A DNA stretch of 64,000 nt from Eledone cirrhosa. Its lineage: Eukaryota. The stretch is taken from NCBI GenBank assembly GCA_964016885.1, contig OZ024741.1:172174001-172238000 (forward strand), read 5' to 3'. Shown here piece by piece: positions 39,541 through 54,071 of this stretch. The notes under the pieces were generated by a model, which saw only the letters and a program-made list of their open reading frames with translations, was not told the origin of the DNA and did not search any database. The number at the start of each line of letters is the position of its first letter. Position 1 is the stretch's first letter. Position numbers and translations under genes: made by a program.

Positions 39541-41695
39541 ATAAACTTTACATTATTCAGTTTTAATATGTTTCAAGTTTGTTGAATGTTTTGCTCGAAT
39601 GTGTGACGGAGTTGCATGTATTTCTCAGGCAAGATGGTTTCTTTCAAACACAGGAAAGCAAAGGAGAATCACAGGACAACTCACAACAAGCGTGTCAAGA
39701 GAGTTACAAGGTGTACTTGTCAAACTGATGGCTCAAGGAAAGAAGAAGGATTTAAATGGAATTTGGTAGGGATTTCTTACTTGTATATGTTAGTGAAGTG
39801 AGAGTATAAGGAAAGAAGTGTTTGTTCTTTCTTGCAATCCAAAATTTGGAACAAGAATTTCGAGAATTTTTCACATATATATTATGGTATGTTATTCCAA
39901 CGAGCCTTCCAAATAGACACACACGCATGCGTGCGCATACACACGCACATACACACACACATACACACACACACATATATATATATGTATGTATGATCCT
40001 GTAACTCCTGATATATATATAATGTGTGTGTGTGTGTGTGTGTGTGTATTATAATTCGTACACATGATATTACCTTTGCAACCAGTGGTTTCACGAGCTA
40101 ACACTACAGAGATACAAGAGATAGATGTTAATCGTATCCTCAGGCAAGTGTGTATATAAGTGGATGAACAAGATTTTGGAAAATGTTTCAGGAGAGAGGG
40201 TAAACAAATCAATAAGAAAAAGAAAAAAACCAGAGAAGAAAAATAAGTAACTTTGTATGAAAAGCAAGTAACTTTGGTATGAAAATAATTTCCACAAGAA
40301 AATAGCTGGGGAAAATATAATGAAATTTAGTCTAACTGTTACATACACGTGCATTTTCAATATATTGTCAGTTTATATAAATTTGCACACTCACAAAAAA
40401 GCACTGATGGTCGAGTTAGCAGATATTTATCTGTGAAAAGCACTGTTTAACATTTGTGTGAACGTTTATATACTTATTACACAAAGATATAGCGAGTATA
40501 TCGACATACCGAGCAGACGATTAGGTAAGAGTTACCATGAGTGGGACGAAAGGAAAAGATTGAAAGAAGAACAAAGGAAAAGCTACAGGAGGATATAACG
40601 ATAAATTTATTTGTAGCCATGGAGTTAGTGTTAATATAATAATATGTTAAACTCTTCTTGGGTGTAGTATAAAGTAAATAACTGATACGTTAAAAGACGT
40701 TATGGATGAGAATGCAAAATATTATGAGGTTTGAAAAACTGCTAAAGTGTAAAGTATTGCTAAATTGGGTCTTATCAGTGTTCCAGTGTGACGTGTGGGT
40801 ATGGGGGCTGGCATTTCCAGGAGCAAAGCACATATTTTTTAAAAGTAAGTATTTCCTGTAAAATTCACTTTTGACGTTAAGATATTCTTTAAATGATTTT
40901 AGATCCTGGAGAATTCTGTAAAACCCGTGTAGCTCCGATCAGTTGACAAATTATATGGGATTTACCATAATTCTATTTTATGCGGTATAGCTCACATATT
41001 CATATAGCCAAGGTGATAGATGATTTCATTTAGGTTAGGGATGTCATAGTGGCCTCACGCACCGAAGTAAACACTCAACTGAACAAATCAAAGTATATAT
41101 ACATAGTGGGAAAGGGAGATGGTTAATTAGATAGATAAATAGATAGATATGGGTGTGTATGCGCATGTGCGTATGCGCATATGTGTATTCATGTATGTGT
41201 AAAAGTATGAATGCGTGTATATGTGTTGGTGTCTACAGTTATGTGTATGCGGTATTCTTTCAGAAGAAAAATCTAATTTAAAGCGATGTCAAATGAGTGT
41301 TAATTTTAAAGTTACACTTAAAGGAAAGAAATAAAAATATCGTTTCATGTACAGACAAGAAAAACAACAAAATAAATAAGCCAGAAATAAGTCTGTTAAT
41401 ACTTTTCCTTTACAGGGGAATTGTATTTTCATACAGTGTTTAAGTTTGATTTATTTTTTCAATTACTTGTTTACGTTCGTTTGGTAAATAAAGATTGTTT
41501 TCTTTCTCATTACATATATTTTGAGCCTCACATGCGCTTAGACGTAATTCCATCGAATCAACCATCTATAATTTTATACACTGATTATTTTGTTCATATC
41601 GGCACATATATGCAGACATATATATATATATATATACATACATACTTACACACACACACATACACACACGCATACACATACATACACACACGCAT

Positions 41696-41762
<67 letters not shown>

Positions 41763-42189
41763 TAAGAAAATTAACAAAGAGAGGACAAGACAAAAAACAT
41801 TTTTTAAGGGGAAAATTTAAAAGAGAATATTAAAAAAATAAAAATACAAACGAAGGACGCAGAACATCGTGATCATTGGTCATTGACATGGATTTGGATT
41901 TGGCAGTTTCGACCCCTACCAATGGTACTGCTGCTCCATCAGGAGTCACAGCGTCTGACATAAGCTAAACACTGTCCTGTGGACAACAGATAACACATTA
42001 ATTCATTGCAATTAAGCTAAAGGCACAGCATTTTGTGTGACGGCAGGGAAAATGTTTGGTGCCTCACATAGCACGAGACATGAAGGAAGCAAAGAAAAGA
42101 AAGAGAGAAGAAAAGGTGGAAACAAAGCAAGAAGCCGAAGAAAGAATGAAAGAAAGATATCATATATATATTTAATTATATTATAAAGA

Positions 42190-42630
42190 GTAGGGGAGGT
42201 GAATTGGCAGTATCGGTAGAGAGTCGGACACCATGCTTTGCAGCAAAGAGTTACGGCCCTTTATGATCTGAGTTCAAATCCCTCCAAGGTTAACTTTGCC
42301 TTACATCCTCATGGCGTCGATAAAATCAAGTACCAGTCACGCACTGGGGTAGATTTAATCGACCCCCCCCCCATCACTGGCCTTGTGCCTATATAAGAAA
42401 CCTATAAGAGTAGGGGAGGGCGGTGGATTGGCAGTATCTGTAGCGGGTCGGACGTTATGCTTTGCAGCAGAGAATTACGGCTCTTTATGATCTGAGCTCA
42501 AATCCCGCCGAGGTTAACTTTGCCCTTCATCCTTACGGTAAAATAAAGTACCAGTCACGCACTGGGGTCGATTTAATTGACTCCCCCCCCCCCCAAAGAA
42601 TTACTGGCCTTGTGCCTATATAAGAAACCA
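42190..42630 (+). mobile_element. Head-to-tail dimer of the octopod-like SINE
   Basis: Two copies (about 42190-42401 and 42409-42630), each preceded by AAGAGTAGGG. Confidence 0.88.
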
Positions 42631-42756
42631 TTATAAAGAGTAGGGACTCCGATGGCTGAGCTCTTGCCGTGTTAACAGCTAGTTCCAGACTAGTTACAGA
42701 ACTAGCTGTTGAAAGGGCAAGAACTCAGCCGACGATGTCCCGACTCTTTATAATGG
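42628..42756. repeat. Diverged fold-back of the 16089-16212 family
   Basis: CCATTATAAAGAGT..GGCTGAGCTCTTGCC..AACAGCTAGTTC / GAACTAGCTGTT..GGCAAGAACTCAGCC..ACTCTTTATAATGG. Confidence 0.85.
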
Positions 42757-42857
42757 TACTGTATTTACTACCCCAAGTATCGACGGCTGAGCTCAAGCTG
42801 TTTCGACGGCACTATCAACGCACGACTCATATATATATATATATATATATATATCGG

Positions 42858-43117
42858 ACTATCCGGGAGCTTCCAGCAGTAATGGTCGCATTCTTTAAGG
42901 GTATGTCAATATTTATTTATAAATCTGCTCTATATTATATTTTATTTGATGAAAGCACACCATAATTTAACTTGGTGTCCTTGAAATATGTATAAATATG
43001 GTTTTATAAATATAGTTTCCATTTGTTAGTTTCCATTTGTTAATATATTGTATTTTTACTCCAATAATTTGTTGAATGCTTTATATCAGTTATAAAAATA
43101 GAACAATTTAAATAGAA

Positions 43118-43120
<3 letters not shown>
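42858..43120 (+). mobile_element. Solo pseudo-LTR of the Hydra-like family at 18745-21975, with HHR at 42938-43000
   Basis: Matches the reverse complement of 18745-18920 and then 21843-21935; TTGATGA AAGCACACC..GGTGTCCTT GAAATATGTATA; (TA)n flanks. Confidence 0.85.
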
Positions 43121-43190
<70 letters not shown>

Positions 43191-43655
43191 AAATATAGAG
43201 AAAAATACTGCAGGTAGCACATGGATAACATGTAATAAAATGAGTCCCTCATCAGTGATTTGCCGACGATCATAGATATTTCATTGCATTAAAAATCATA
43301 TACCTCACGTCGGTGCAATAATAACCAAAATAAGTTATTAGGACAATTGAAACGCGTAAAGCGAGTGAGACAGGAGAACAACAAAGAGTATAGCTAAACG
43401 TAGGGGAAAGAAACAAGCTTCAAAAATTATTCTGTTTAGCATAAGCTAGGTGAATATATGAGCGCGTTTAGAACAGACCCGACACGAGCGAAGGCTATGT
43501 GAGAAGAGAGAAAAATAGCCCTCGTGGTGTACAGGATGAAATGAAGAGAAGAGAAACAGTGAGTGAGTGAAAGTGTGAGGAAGAGTTAACTGACATGACA
43601 GAGGGGGAGAAGCAGAGAGAATGGGGGAACAGTAAGAGAGAGAGAGAAAATATAT

Positions 43656-43820
43656 ATTTATTAAAATAACAGATTAAAGTTTAAGCAAAGAATCGCTGCT
43701 TTCACCCTTAACGGGATCTTCTGAAACTCTTTGCTCTATGGTTCTTATATATTTGATATATATTTATCCTTATCGAGTCCTCTTTGGATTTTAGTCTTCA
43801 AATTTATTATTATTACTATA
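43656..43820 (-). mobile_element. ~165 bp (TA)n-associated mini-element with variant HHR core
   Basis: AGCAAAGAG TTT CAGAAGA TCCC GTTAA GGGT GAAA GCAGCGA TTCTTTGCT; copies or pieces at 16236-16340, 27861-27897, 38776-38842 and 48860-49100. Confidence 0.75.
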
Positions 43821-43840
43821 TATATATATATGTATATATA

Positions 43841-43999
<159 letters not shown>

Positions 44000-44424
44000 C
44001 AAGACAGACAGACACATTCATGAATACGCTTATGCATTCACACATTCAAACGTACTTACTTTCATTCATAAATACATACATCCATACATCCATACATAAA
44101 TACATACATACATAAATGCATACATACGTACATATATTTAAATAGAGTTTTGCATCCAAAATATGGACTGTGAGGACAAAATTAAACGAACTTAGATCAT
44201 CCTTGTAATTTCTAGACAGAATCTTCCTTTTGGGGTTCAGAACACAGGGAGTACACTAGGGAGAGAATTCCTAAAGCCTGAGCTGCTCCGAATCTTTTAG
44301 AAAATGCAGTTAGTCTGTAAATCAATTTGGTGAAAGCAATTGATATGTTTCGATCTTATATTTCTTCCGCAAAGCGTATTCAATTTGCAAGTTGTAACGA
44401 CTAGAATACGGCCACATATATATA

Positions 44425-44524
44425 CAGCGTGTCCCCAAAAATATATACACAAGTTGATTACCTGTTCAGGCAATATTTATTAGAATGCTGTTGAAATGTG
44501 TATACATTGTTTTGGGACACTCTA
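44425..44524. mobile_element. ~100 bp Tc1/mariner-type MITE
   Basis: TIR CAG.GTGTCCC..AAAAT.TATACAC with TA flanks; second copy at 51837-51924. Confidence 0.8.
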
Positions 44525-44538
44525 TATATATATATGTA

Positions 44539-44648
<110 letters not shown>

Positions 44649-45199
44649 GCAGTTGTTGTTGTTGTTGTTAGCAGTCCTATCTTTATGTAGCCGCCTTGGG
44701 CAATGCCAGGCAATTTCATTCATGTATGTAGAAACATGACACGCTTAAAACATAGCTTCCAAGGAGGTATAGGTAGGAGAAACAAGTTATATAAAAGACA
44801 CAATACATATGCTAAATCATACAAAAATTAATAATTACATAGTTAAGATTATAATAAAACACAATTAGTAAGAAAATTTTATTTTTATACAAAAGAAGCA
44901 ATCACCTCCCTATAGGAACGACGCCGTCTCCTGCGTTGATTGGGCAATATTGTTAATTTCATAGAGCGAGAGGCATATTGCAGTATATCGACCCTACTAG
45001 ACTGGTACTTTATTTTAATGAGCGTGGGATGGATAAACTGAAAGATAATATTGACCGCAGGGGGATTTGTAATTAGAAATAAGAACAACCCAACAAAATG
45101 CTGCACGGTATTTCGTCCAGCGCTTTACGAATTTTATCGTGCACAGTTTTCTCATCTTCTAATTGATGTATCAGTCCTCACACATATGAATAATATTAA

Positions 45200-45710
45200 G
45201 ACTAAAAAATTCTTCACTCGTGGAAATATGTTGTCCTCCTCAAATCTACATGTGGATGCTCAGAGCATACCCAATGACTCAGACCATTCTCATCATTCTC
45301 ATTCATGTTTCAACAAAATTTCTGGAAGACAACAGTTATCTGCCCACGCGTATTTTCGCCTTCAAGTGAAATTTAAAAAAATTGGTGTGGGTTTCGTCCC
45401 CAGACGGATGGAAGCTGCTTGGCCTTCTCAACCAAAGGAAGGCGGTGGGTCAAACATCACAATGGCTTCACAACTGAATTCATCGTACATGTAATAGCAA
45501 CTATCTGACAGCAATGTTCAGACACTGGAAGAGTGTGTGCCGGGTGATTTCGTTGCTCTGTGTTCATCTCGGACAGGCGCCTTGACTGAATGTCCGTGCC
45601 TGTAGAGTTTAGTTCGAAGCGGCAATGAACAGCAACTGTGACATCCATTCCCACATGACTTGGAGAGGCGTTTACATCGTAGTCGCCGAAGACAGATGCG
45701 AAGACTCATA
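45200..45710 (-). mobile_element. L1/Tx1-type LINE 3' remnant (zf-RVT region)
   Basis: LPLRTKLYRHG..CPR*TQSNEITRHTL..C across frameshifts. Confidence 0.55.
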
Positions 45711-45832
45711 CTTAAATATTCTGGTCTCGCTGATAACCACAATGATGTTGATGGTGATGATAATGATAATTATTCTTATAATTTATTAATATTTTTTTTA
45801 TTGGCCACAAGGGCCATTATATTACATTATAA

Positions 45833-45975
45833 TAATTGTTTCTACTTTTGGCACAAGGCCAGCAATTACCCAGTGCATTACTGGTACTTTATTTTATGGA
45901 CCCCGTAAGGATGAAAGGCAAAGTTAACCTCGGCGGGATTTGAACTCAGAATGGCAAGAGCCGTAACTCTATGCG
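45833..45975 (-). mobile_element. Octopod-like SINE, 5'-truncated
   Basis: Reverse complement of the 38845-39018 family. Confidence 0.85.
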
Positions 45976-46333
45976 TGTAACCATTATAATAATGGTTACT
46001 TTTTGTCCTTAAGTAGATCTAAGTGTGATAATGGATGCACTATTGATAGTGAACGAGAACGAGAGAGAAAGAAAGAGAGACAGGGAGAAGCGGTTAGGGG
46101 GTTTATTGCATGTCCGATGTGATTAGAAGAGCCTAATGCAAGTTGTCAGTAATCATCTGTATGTAATATACTTTATGGTCATTGTTGCATGTCAGCTCAG
46201 ATTTATGTATCACGTAATTTAAAGGACACACAACAACATATAAGAAAATATATAACAGAAATGGCTGCCAGTTTGATGATAAAATAAGATGGGGGAAGAA
46301 ATATAGAATATTAACAAGGAGTGAGGGGAGGAA

Positions 46334-46462
46334 AGAAGAAGAAGAAGAAGAAGAAGAAGAAGAAGAAGAAGAAGAAGAAGAAGAAGAAGAAGAAGAAGAA
46401 GAAGAAGAAGAAGAAGAAGAAGAAGAAGAAGAAGAAGAAGAAGAAGAAGAAGAAGAAGAAGA
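46334..46462. repeat. (GAA)n microsatellite
   Basis: Seen directly. Confidence 0.98.
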
Positions 46463-47799
46463 CATCACCCTAGTCAACAACAATAAAAATAGAAAAATAG
46501 AAAGTGGAATAGTATAAAAATAAAAACAACATGAAGGACATCACCATCTCCATTATCGGCGTTAACAACAATTACAAGAGTAATAAGAAATAAAACATCA
46601 CCAAGTACAATAGCATGGGTGTCATCATCTTCAGCATTATCATTATTAAACATAACTGAATCATCATCGTCAACAACAATGACACCAGCAACAACAAAAG
46701 GAAATATAACAAATACAATAGTATGAAAGTCGTCGTTATCGTTGTCCTTATCGTCAATATCCTCATCATTTAAAATAACAAGAGCATTAATATGTATAAC
46801 CGTAAAACATATTGAGTAGTAATACTACAGAAACAACAGCATCAACACGTACAATCCCAAAGCATACGTAGAACTTATCTTAATGAATAACATTGTGTCT
46901 AGTGTTTTAGAAGATAGAAGATATTTAAGAGGGAAAAAATTATTGTCAAGCAACAAAATGCAACTTTGTTTCAATTTGAGCCGGATACAAAGCTCACGTC
47001 AAATACAAGTAGTGAAATAATAAACAATATAGAATGTAACAATCGTGTTTTTCGGCCATCTGAAATGTTTCCAGACGTTTGAAGGATCATGGGGTCGGTG
47101 GAAAATAAACACGCATTCTATAACGATCCACTGGGTGATACGAAGGTTAATGTTCTGGGAAGTGCAATAGGTGATGACTGTGTAAAGTTTGAGTAGTCTC
47201 TTAATGAATTTTAGGTAGGCATTAATGGTTAATTTCCAAATTTCTGTAGCTTGACTGAAGGGATTTGTTTGTTGGGAAGAATCTCTACTGGTATGGCCGT
47301 GTTGGTACCACCAGTAAGCAAACCTGTCCAAGAATCACGCAGCGTGATGAACCAGCCCGTTTGCTCAATCACCGTGCATTGCGGATTTGTGGATTTATGT
47401 TGAATGATTGTTATAAGATGTGGGACGGATGTCAGCTGAATCTATTGTGAAAGACGAAAAAGAAGTAACAACAAAGACTAAAGATATATTGTAATCCAAT
47501 TTAGCTCTATAATTATCTGATGATGAACATTATATTTCAATAAAGAAAGGTGAACTCATTAAAATAAATATTTAGAACCACAGGCAAGATAAATCACGTT
47601 AGTTATTCTAGCCCGCAATTCATCAACAGAACGACGTCTAGTGGAATAAATAGAAGTCGTTAGGCGAGAACATAAATAAAGTTGAAGTGATTATTAGATA
47701 ATTTACAAGTTATAAAAATACATTTTTTTCATGATAAAGTGAAGGCATCAGACTTCTAGGTGTACTTTACAGATTAATTCTTTAATACATATAACCAAA

Positions 47800-48300
47800 G
47801 CTTTAAAGGTATATCAAATATTGGACAAGATATAGGTTTATAAAGTATTGATCATACTCTTATATGGATCAGAATCATGGACTCCATATACACACATCAA
47901 CCAATTAGACGTTTTTTCTTAAATGTCTTCGCGCAGTCTGTAGGTACATATTCGAAAACAAAATATCTACCGCTAACCTTCTCACTAAGTGCTAGATTGG
48001 AGTATTGAAACCTTTCTTATGAAATCGCAACGGAGCTGGGCTGGTCAGGACATCAGAATGAGTGACAAAAGAATTCAAAAGTCGTCATGTACAGCCAACT
48101 TGATGGTGGGTATAGAAATGTTGGATAGCCATGTGTCAGGTACAAAGACAAGTTTGAGAGTAATTTTTCAGCAACCAATAGATCTCATGAGACATTTGAG
48201 AAAGTGGTCTCGCAACGGTAGAACTCGAGATTTATATGTCATAATGGGATCAGAACCTTCTTATGAAGATTCGACTGCGTCACAGCGTTGGTGCACTTCT
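47800..48300 (+). mobile_element. Degraded RTE 3' fragment
   Basis: K..VYKVLI.LLYGSESWTPY..SQRSWAGQDIRMSDKRIQK. Confidence 0.7.
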
Positions 48301-48402
48301 CTGGTGCAATAATGTTGCAAAACTAACGTTGAAACTGCAGTAGGGACTTTGAAGATAAAATAGGTAATTTTTTGTCTATTCTTTCCTCGCATTTATAATT
48401 TG

Positions 48403-48544
<142 letters not shown>

Positions 48545-48734
48545 GTATAGGATTATCCAAGATGTAGTAATGGTTAATTACTACACTGGATATGGTTGAC
48601 GTACGGTAAGAGGTTACTCTACGAGTTATGGAAGAATTGTTCAAGAAACTTAGTTCCTGATCCTTCAGTATTCCGGAGTGTATATAAAGAATAAATAATA
48701 ACAGGTAGACATCATAAAAGGTAATTTATTCCGT

Positions 48735-48850
48735 GTGCTTACAAGTGTTTCCACGGTGGTACTACAGCCTAGTTATGCTATGTGCAAATTCACAAGTACT
48801 TGCAGAACTCGAATATCCAATGCTGTGACCACTGTTTCCTCAGTGGGAAA
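48735..48850 (-). ncRNA. Hammerhead motif with long stem-II insert, 5' side truncated at (TA)n
   Basis: CTGAGGA, stem II AC.GTGGT CACAGC..GCTGT..ACCAC.GT, GAAACACTTGTA site; stem I not recoverable. Confidence 0.6.
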
Positions 48851-49213
48851 TATATATATAGTAATAAATTTGAAGACTAAAATACAAAGAGGGCTCGATA
48901 AGGATAAATATGTATCAAATATATAAGAACCGTAGAGCAAATATTTATTAAAATAACAGATTAAAGTTTAAGCAAATAATCGCTGCTTTCACCCTTAACG
49001 GGATCTTCTTAAAAAAAAAAAAAAAAAATCACATTGATTTTTTTAGTTTCAGAAGATCCCGTTAAGGGTGAAAGCAGCGATTATTTGCTTAAACTTTAAT
49101 ATATATATACTGCAGTTAATATATATATATATATATATATATTAACTGCAGTATTGAAAAAGAATATACATATATATATATATATATTAACACTGCAGTA
49201 TAGAAAAAGAATA

Positions 49214-49355
<142 letters not shown>

Positions 49356-49467
49356 CAGACAGGGTGTGGTAAGATACCAGGTGGACCATAACGCACCACA
49401 GTACTCAATATTTTGGATGTAGCTGTCGAAACAGCCGGAGCTCAGCCGTCAGGATCCTGACACTTTT

Positions 49468-49528
<61 letters not shown>

Positions 49529-49559
49529 TACACTACAGTTAAGATTTTACCAAAAATCT

Positions 49560-49790
49560 AACTCTGCTGCCCTCACTTTTCTTGCGATCTCCATTTTCAT
49601 CTTTTGAAATAAGTTTGTGCTCTGTACTACATTCTGCACCACACATTACTCTTACAAAGCAGATATCCTGGTGATGATATAATCCAAGAGTTGTCCATGT
49701 TTGGATATCGGGTGTATCCATGTTGCCATGTGGATCTCCTTTTACAGAAAAAAATGTATTGCACCCGACCAGCTCAAACTCGGTGCAACT
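49560..49790 (-). mobile_element. RTE AP-endonuclease C-terminal remnant
   Basis: NTFF..STWQH..QDICFVRVMCGAECSTEHKLI. Confidence 0.55.
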
Positions 49791-50546
49791 TTTAATGTAA
49801 TTCTATTTTTTTAATAATTACTACTCTCTTTTTCCCTGTCGATATGAACAGCCGTCAGTCGTAGGCAGCTGACCAGTTTGATGGTGGAACAAACAATATT
49901 TAGCTCATCTTTTCTATACATTACCAAGATTTGGGTGATCAGTCTTCTCCCTTGAATAAAGTAGCATCTGCTTGTGAATTTTGAGAGGAAATTCTACAAA
50001 GTAGGACCAGTAGACAAGATGATACGGGAGAAGTAATGTAAACAAACTGCTTCTGGCCATGCTGAAAATACAAGTGGGTGTCTAAGTATGTCAGAAAATC
50101 ATGCTCAGTCACAAAAGGCAGTTCCTATTCCCAAAAGTGGTAATAACGTTATCTAAGACTTAAGCCACTTGCGTGTAGTTTAGCAACTGTATATCTCCAA
50201 TTCGTTATGTCTGTATACGTCGCTGCTTCCACATCGCGCAGGGTTTCGAAGAGATATTTGCACAACGAGATCAAAATAGCATGTGCTTGTGCTACACACA
50301 TCCTGCTCTCTACCTATCAACAGCCAGAATCCAATGTCAAGCAAATGCAAGATGATCGGTAGCTGCATCAAACGCAGGATTTTCAAAGTGTCCTGGCAGA
50401 AAAAAAAAATCATTGGTAGCTATAATATCAACCGCAGATTTTTCCAGATAAATAAATAAACAGGATAAATATATAAGATAAAATAAAAAAATAAAAAAGT
50501 ATTATTTAAAGGATTGAAAGTTTGCAAAAATACGTTCATACATGAA

Positions 50547-50872
50547 TACATACATGGTGAAGTATTATTTCATGTCTATTTATTTATTTCCTATCATAAG
50601 CCAAGCGATAATGATATAGATGTCAAACTAATGTTATATATACATATAGACGGAATCTTTACATGGTCACAACATCTGTTTAGAAGTCAAATTACAATCT
50701 TTTCGAATGTATATCCTACATACATACATGGTGAAATATATATTTATTTATTTATCTATTCATTTATTTATTTACTGTGTCAACTCAATCGATAATGATA
50801 TAAAAGAAATAATAAACCCAATAACGTTATATATAAATATAGATGGAGCCTGTACATGGTGACTGTTAGAAA
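50547..50872. repeat. Diverged ~170 bp tandem duplication
   Basis: TACATACATGGTGAA..CGATAATGATATA..GTTATATATA..TACATGGT occurs twice. Confidence 0.7.
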
Positions 50873-51656
50873 CAAATCGTCAAATAACAGCATCAGTGGA
50901 GATTATTTGGTCAGTGACATTCCCAGTCTCTTTAAGGATATATCTCTTTAAGACAGTGAATTGTGATTGGGCTGTTATTTCTAACAGGTTCAGTGACGGC
51001 CTTTCTTCAAGTCAAAATAAAATGTATTGAACCGAGTGAGTTTCGTCCCTAACAAAGACGAACAAAGATTTCAAATACAGAGGGAGTAAAGAATATGACA
51101 GTACACAAAAGAGAAAGAGACAGAGGAAAACGATATTTAGCGAAGAAAATATCAACGTCTGCTTTAAACATTAAAGTTTATCCAGACACTTTCCAAAAGG
51201 GATTAGAAAAAAGATGGAATTGTAATAATCTGCGTGATGAGAATGGACGGGAAGTAAATCTAAATGTTGGGCATTTAAGTGGTTGATAGAAATATGCTTT
51301 CGCACGTTTCACAGAAATTCTCCGTTCAATTTTTGTTATAGTAAAGAACAAGTGAATTAAATTCCTGATCTTAAATAACTGTTAACTTAAACTAATGATA
51401 GCATTTCACATCCGCACCTGCCACAAATTTCGCATCTTCAGTAATTAGAGGTACTAAATAGATAAATCATAATACATTAAGGGGTATACAACAATTACTC
51501 CGATATCTTGCTTTCACAAATTACGAAACACGACCCGCTGCAGCTTCCATTCGCATTTTCATCTCCACGTATTATAGAGGAATATATAATATATTCTGAT
51601 AGCAATGGAACATACACTATCTTTAACATAGTTTAATTTCATTACTATACACACAA

Positions 51657-51718
<62 letters not shown>

Positions 51719-51836
51719 TTTCAGGACATCGACGGCTGAGCTCCGGCCGTTTCAACAGCCAGATCCCAACTGTATTCTGGTGAATAATGGTCTGACTGGA
51801 TTTTAACACCTCTATTCTGATATATATATATATATA

Positions 51837-51924
51837 CAGGGTGTCCCAGAAAATGTATACACACTTTGATTACATATTTATTAGAATGCTGTTGAAGTAT
51901 GTATACATTTTTTGGGACACCTCG
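51837..51924. mobile_element. Tc1/mariner-type MITE (second copy)
   Basis: TA-CAGGGTGTCCCAGAAAATGTATAC..GTATACATTTTTTGGGACACCTCG-TA. Confidence 0.82.
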
Positions 51925-51936
51925 TATATTATACAT

Positions 51937-52021
<85 letters not shown>

Positions 52022-53632
52022 CAAATAGTTAGATAGATAGATATGGTGGGGATGATTATAATGGAATGGAATGTTCTACTATTAAATTTGGTAAGGTGTG
52101 AAAAGCTCAATGCGTGAAAGAGTCCTCCGACAGAGGCCTCCAATGTTCTTGCAGTTAAAGACGGTGAGGGCAGCAAAGCATAAACGAGTAAATTGAAGAA
52201 AATCAAGGTTTTTGAATTATATCAATCTCTAATCTCTTCAATAGTTTCTATAAAGGTATAATTAACCAATAAATGATTGATTCGTGTTTAGCATGTATAT
52301 TACAAGCTGCTCATCTGTATAGAATCGATTGTAGAGATTAAAGATTAATTTAAATTAAAAACCTTGGTTTTCTTTAATATAAATATATACATATATATAT
52401 ATATTCGGACAGAAACTAAGGTAATATTTTAATATAAAAGGCTTAATTTATGTTTTCTTTTCCTTTGGCAGACCCTTACGATGAAAAAGAAAAGAAGTGT
52501 GTAGCAATAGCTATTTGGTGAATCCAAGAAAAGTACTGCAATAAAATCAGAAAGTATTTTGAGAGCAAATTCTACAAAGTAGGACCAGAGAACGACGATA
52601 CGAGAGTAGTAAACGAACTTCTTCTTGCCATGCTGAAAACCGAAATGAGTTTCTAAGTATGTCATAAAAAATCCACACATCTCATCATGCCTCAGCCTAC
52701 AAACTTAATCTCTGAAAGACACATGTGTAATAATTCTGTAAATCAATTGGCATAAAAAGAGATATCATTTGAAGGATCTACATGAATTGAGAGAACATTT
52801 TTATTTAAGGAGCGCAGTGTGTGCAAATTTCTTAGAATATATCAATTTTGTAAAGTTAATGAAGAGCGTATACATATAAGTATGTACACGTACATACATG
52901 TATGTATACAGACGTACAGTATATGCAAATTGGGCTACTTATATTTAAGTAACAGCCGTACTAAGAGTGGGAAATGAAATTTCGTTTCATTTTTTCCGTT
53001 TATCGTTTTCGGTGCACCCGGGCGATTAACCCACTCGATATGCAAATTGGGCTACTCAGCCGTTAATATGCATAAGGTAAGTATATACGTTCAACAATCT
53101 GGCAGGAAGGTATACGTTGCTGACGATAGCTAATAAGCTTGAAACTAGTACAGCGTTCCTTTGTCAGTGTTGAACAAACGAGCAACGATGGTTGCTGGAC
53201 ACTACTGCTTAATACGGGATGTTTGTTTACAAACACACCGAGCATTATAATAAATGTTCGGTGAATCCATACGTGCATATATATATGTGTGCATGTATGT
53301 ATATATATATACATACTACTGTACGTCTGTATACATATATGTATGTACGTGTACATACATATATATATACATATATATATATTCTTCATTCGAAATATGA
53401 GTTATAGTAGTCGCGATTTAACACAGTAACAGAAGAGTATATATTTCATTGTTAAAAGGAAATATGTAATAAAAGGAAGGGATATAGTTAAAATAGATGT
53501 AAGTATTAACGTCTGATGTCGTTTATGTCCAAAGCATCTCAGTATGTAGCATCCATTCTCTTAGAATGGTAAAGTAAGATTTTTTTTAGTAATGGATATG
53601 TATTTGTGTGTTTGGGTATGTATCTGTGTGTG

Positions 53633-53746
<114 letters not shown>

Positions 53747-54071
53747 CGTGTGTGTGTGTATTGGTGTGTGTTTTATGTGGCTTTCGTAGACTTGGTGTCG
53801 AACAGGTCAACAATTTTACGATGTAAATAGGGGATATATTGCAAAGCAGGATTTCATAAAAATGTTATGTATGTATGTATGTATGTATGTATCCATGTAT
53901 GATGTATGTATTTATGTGTATATGTAAGTATGTATGATGTATGTATGTATGCATGTATGTATGTATGTATGTGTGTATGTATGTATGTATGTATGTATGT
54001 ATGTATGTATGTATGTATGTATGTATGCATGTATGTATGTATGTATGTATGTATGTATGTATGATGTATGT

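Noticed and set aside
41830-41995. Possible first coding exon MSDAVTPDGAAVPLVGVET
   Set aside because: No good donor site; the same bases read as a decayed HHR (CTGATGG..GTCGAAACTG), so a pLTR relic is as likely. Unresolved.
49940-52680. Similar ~170 bp segments at 49940-50110 and 52510-52680
   Set aside because: An old dispersed repeat with no diagnostic ends or coding signal.
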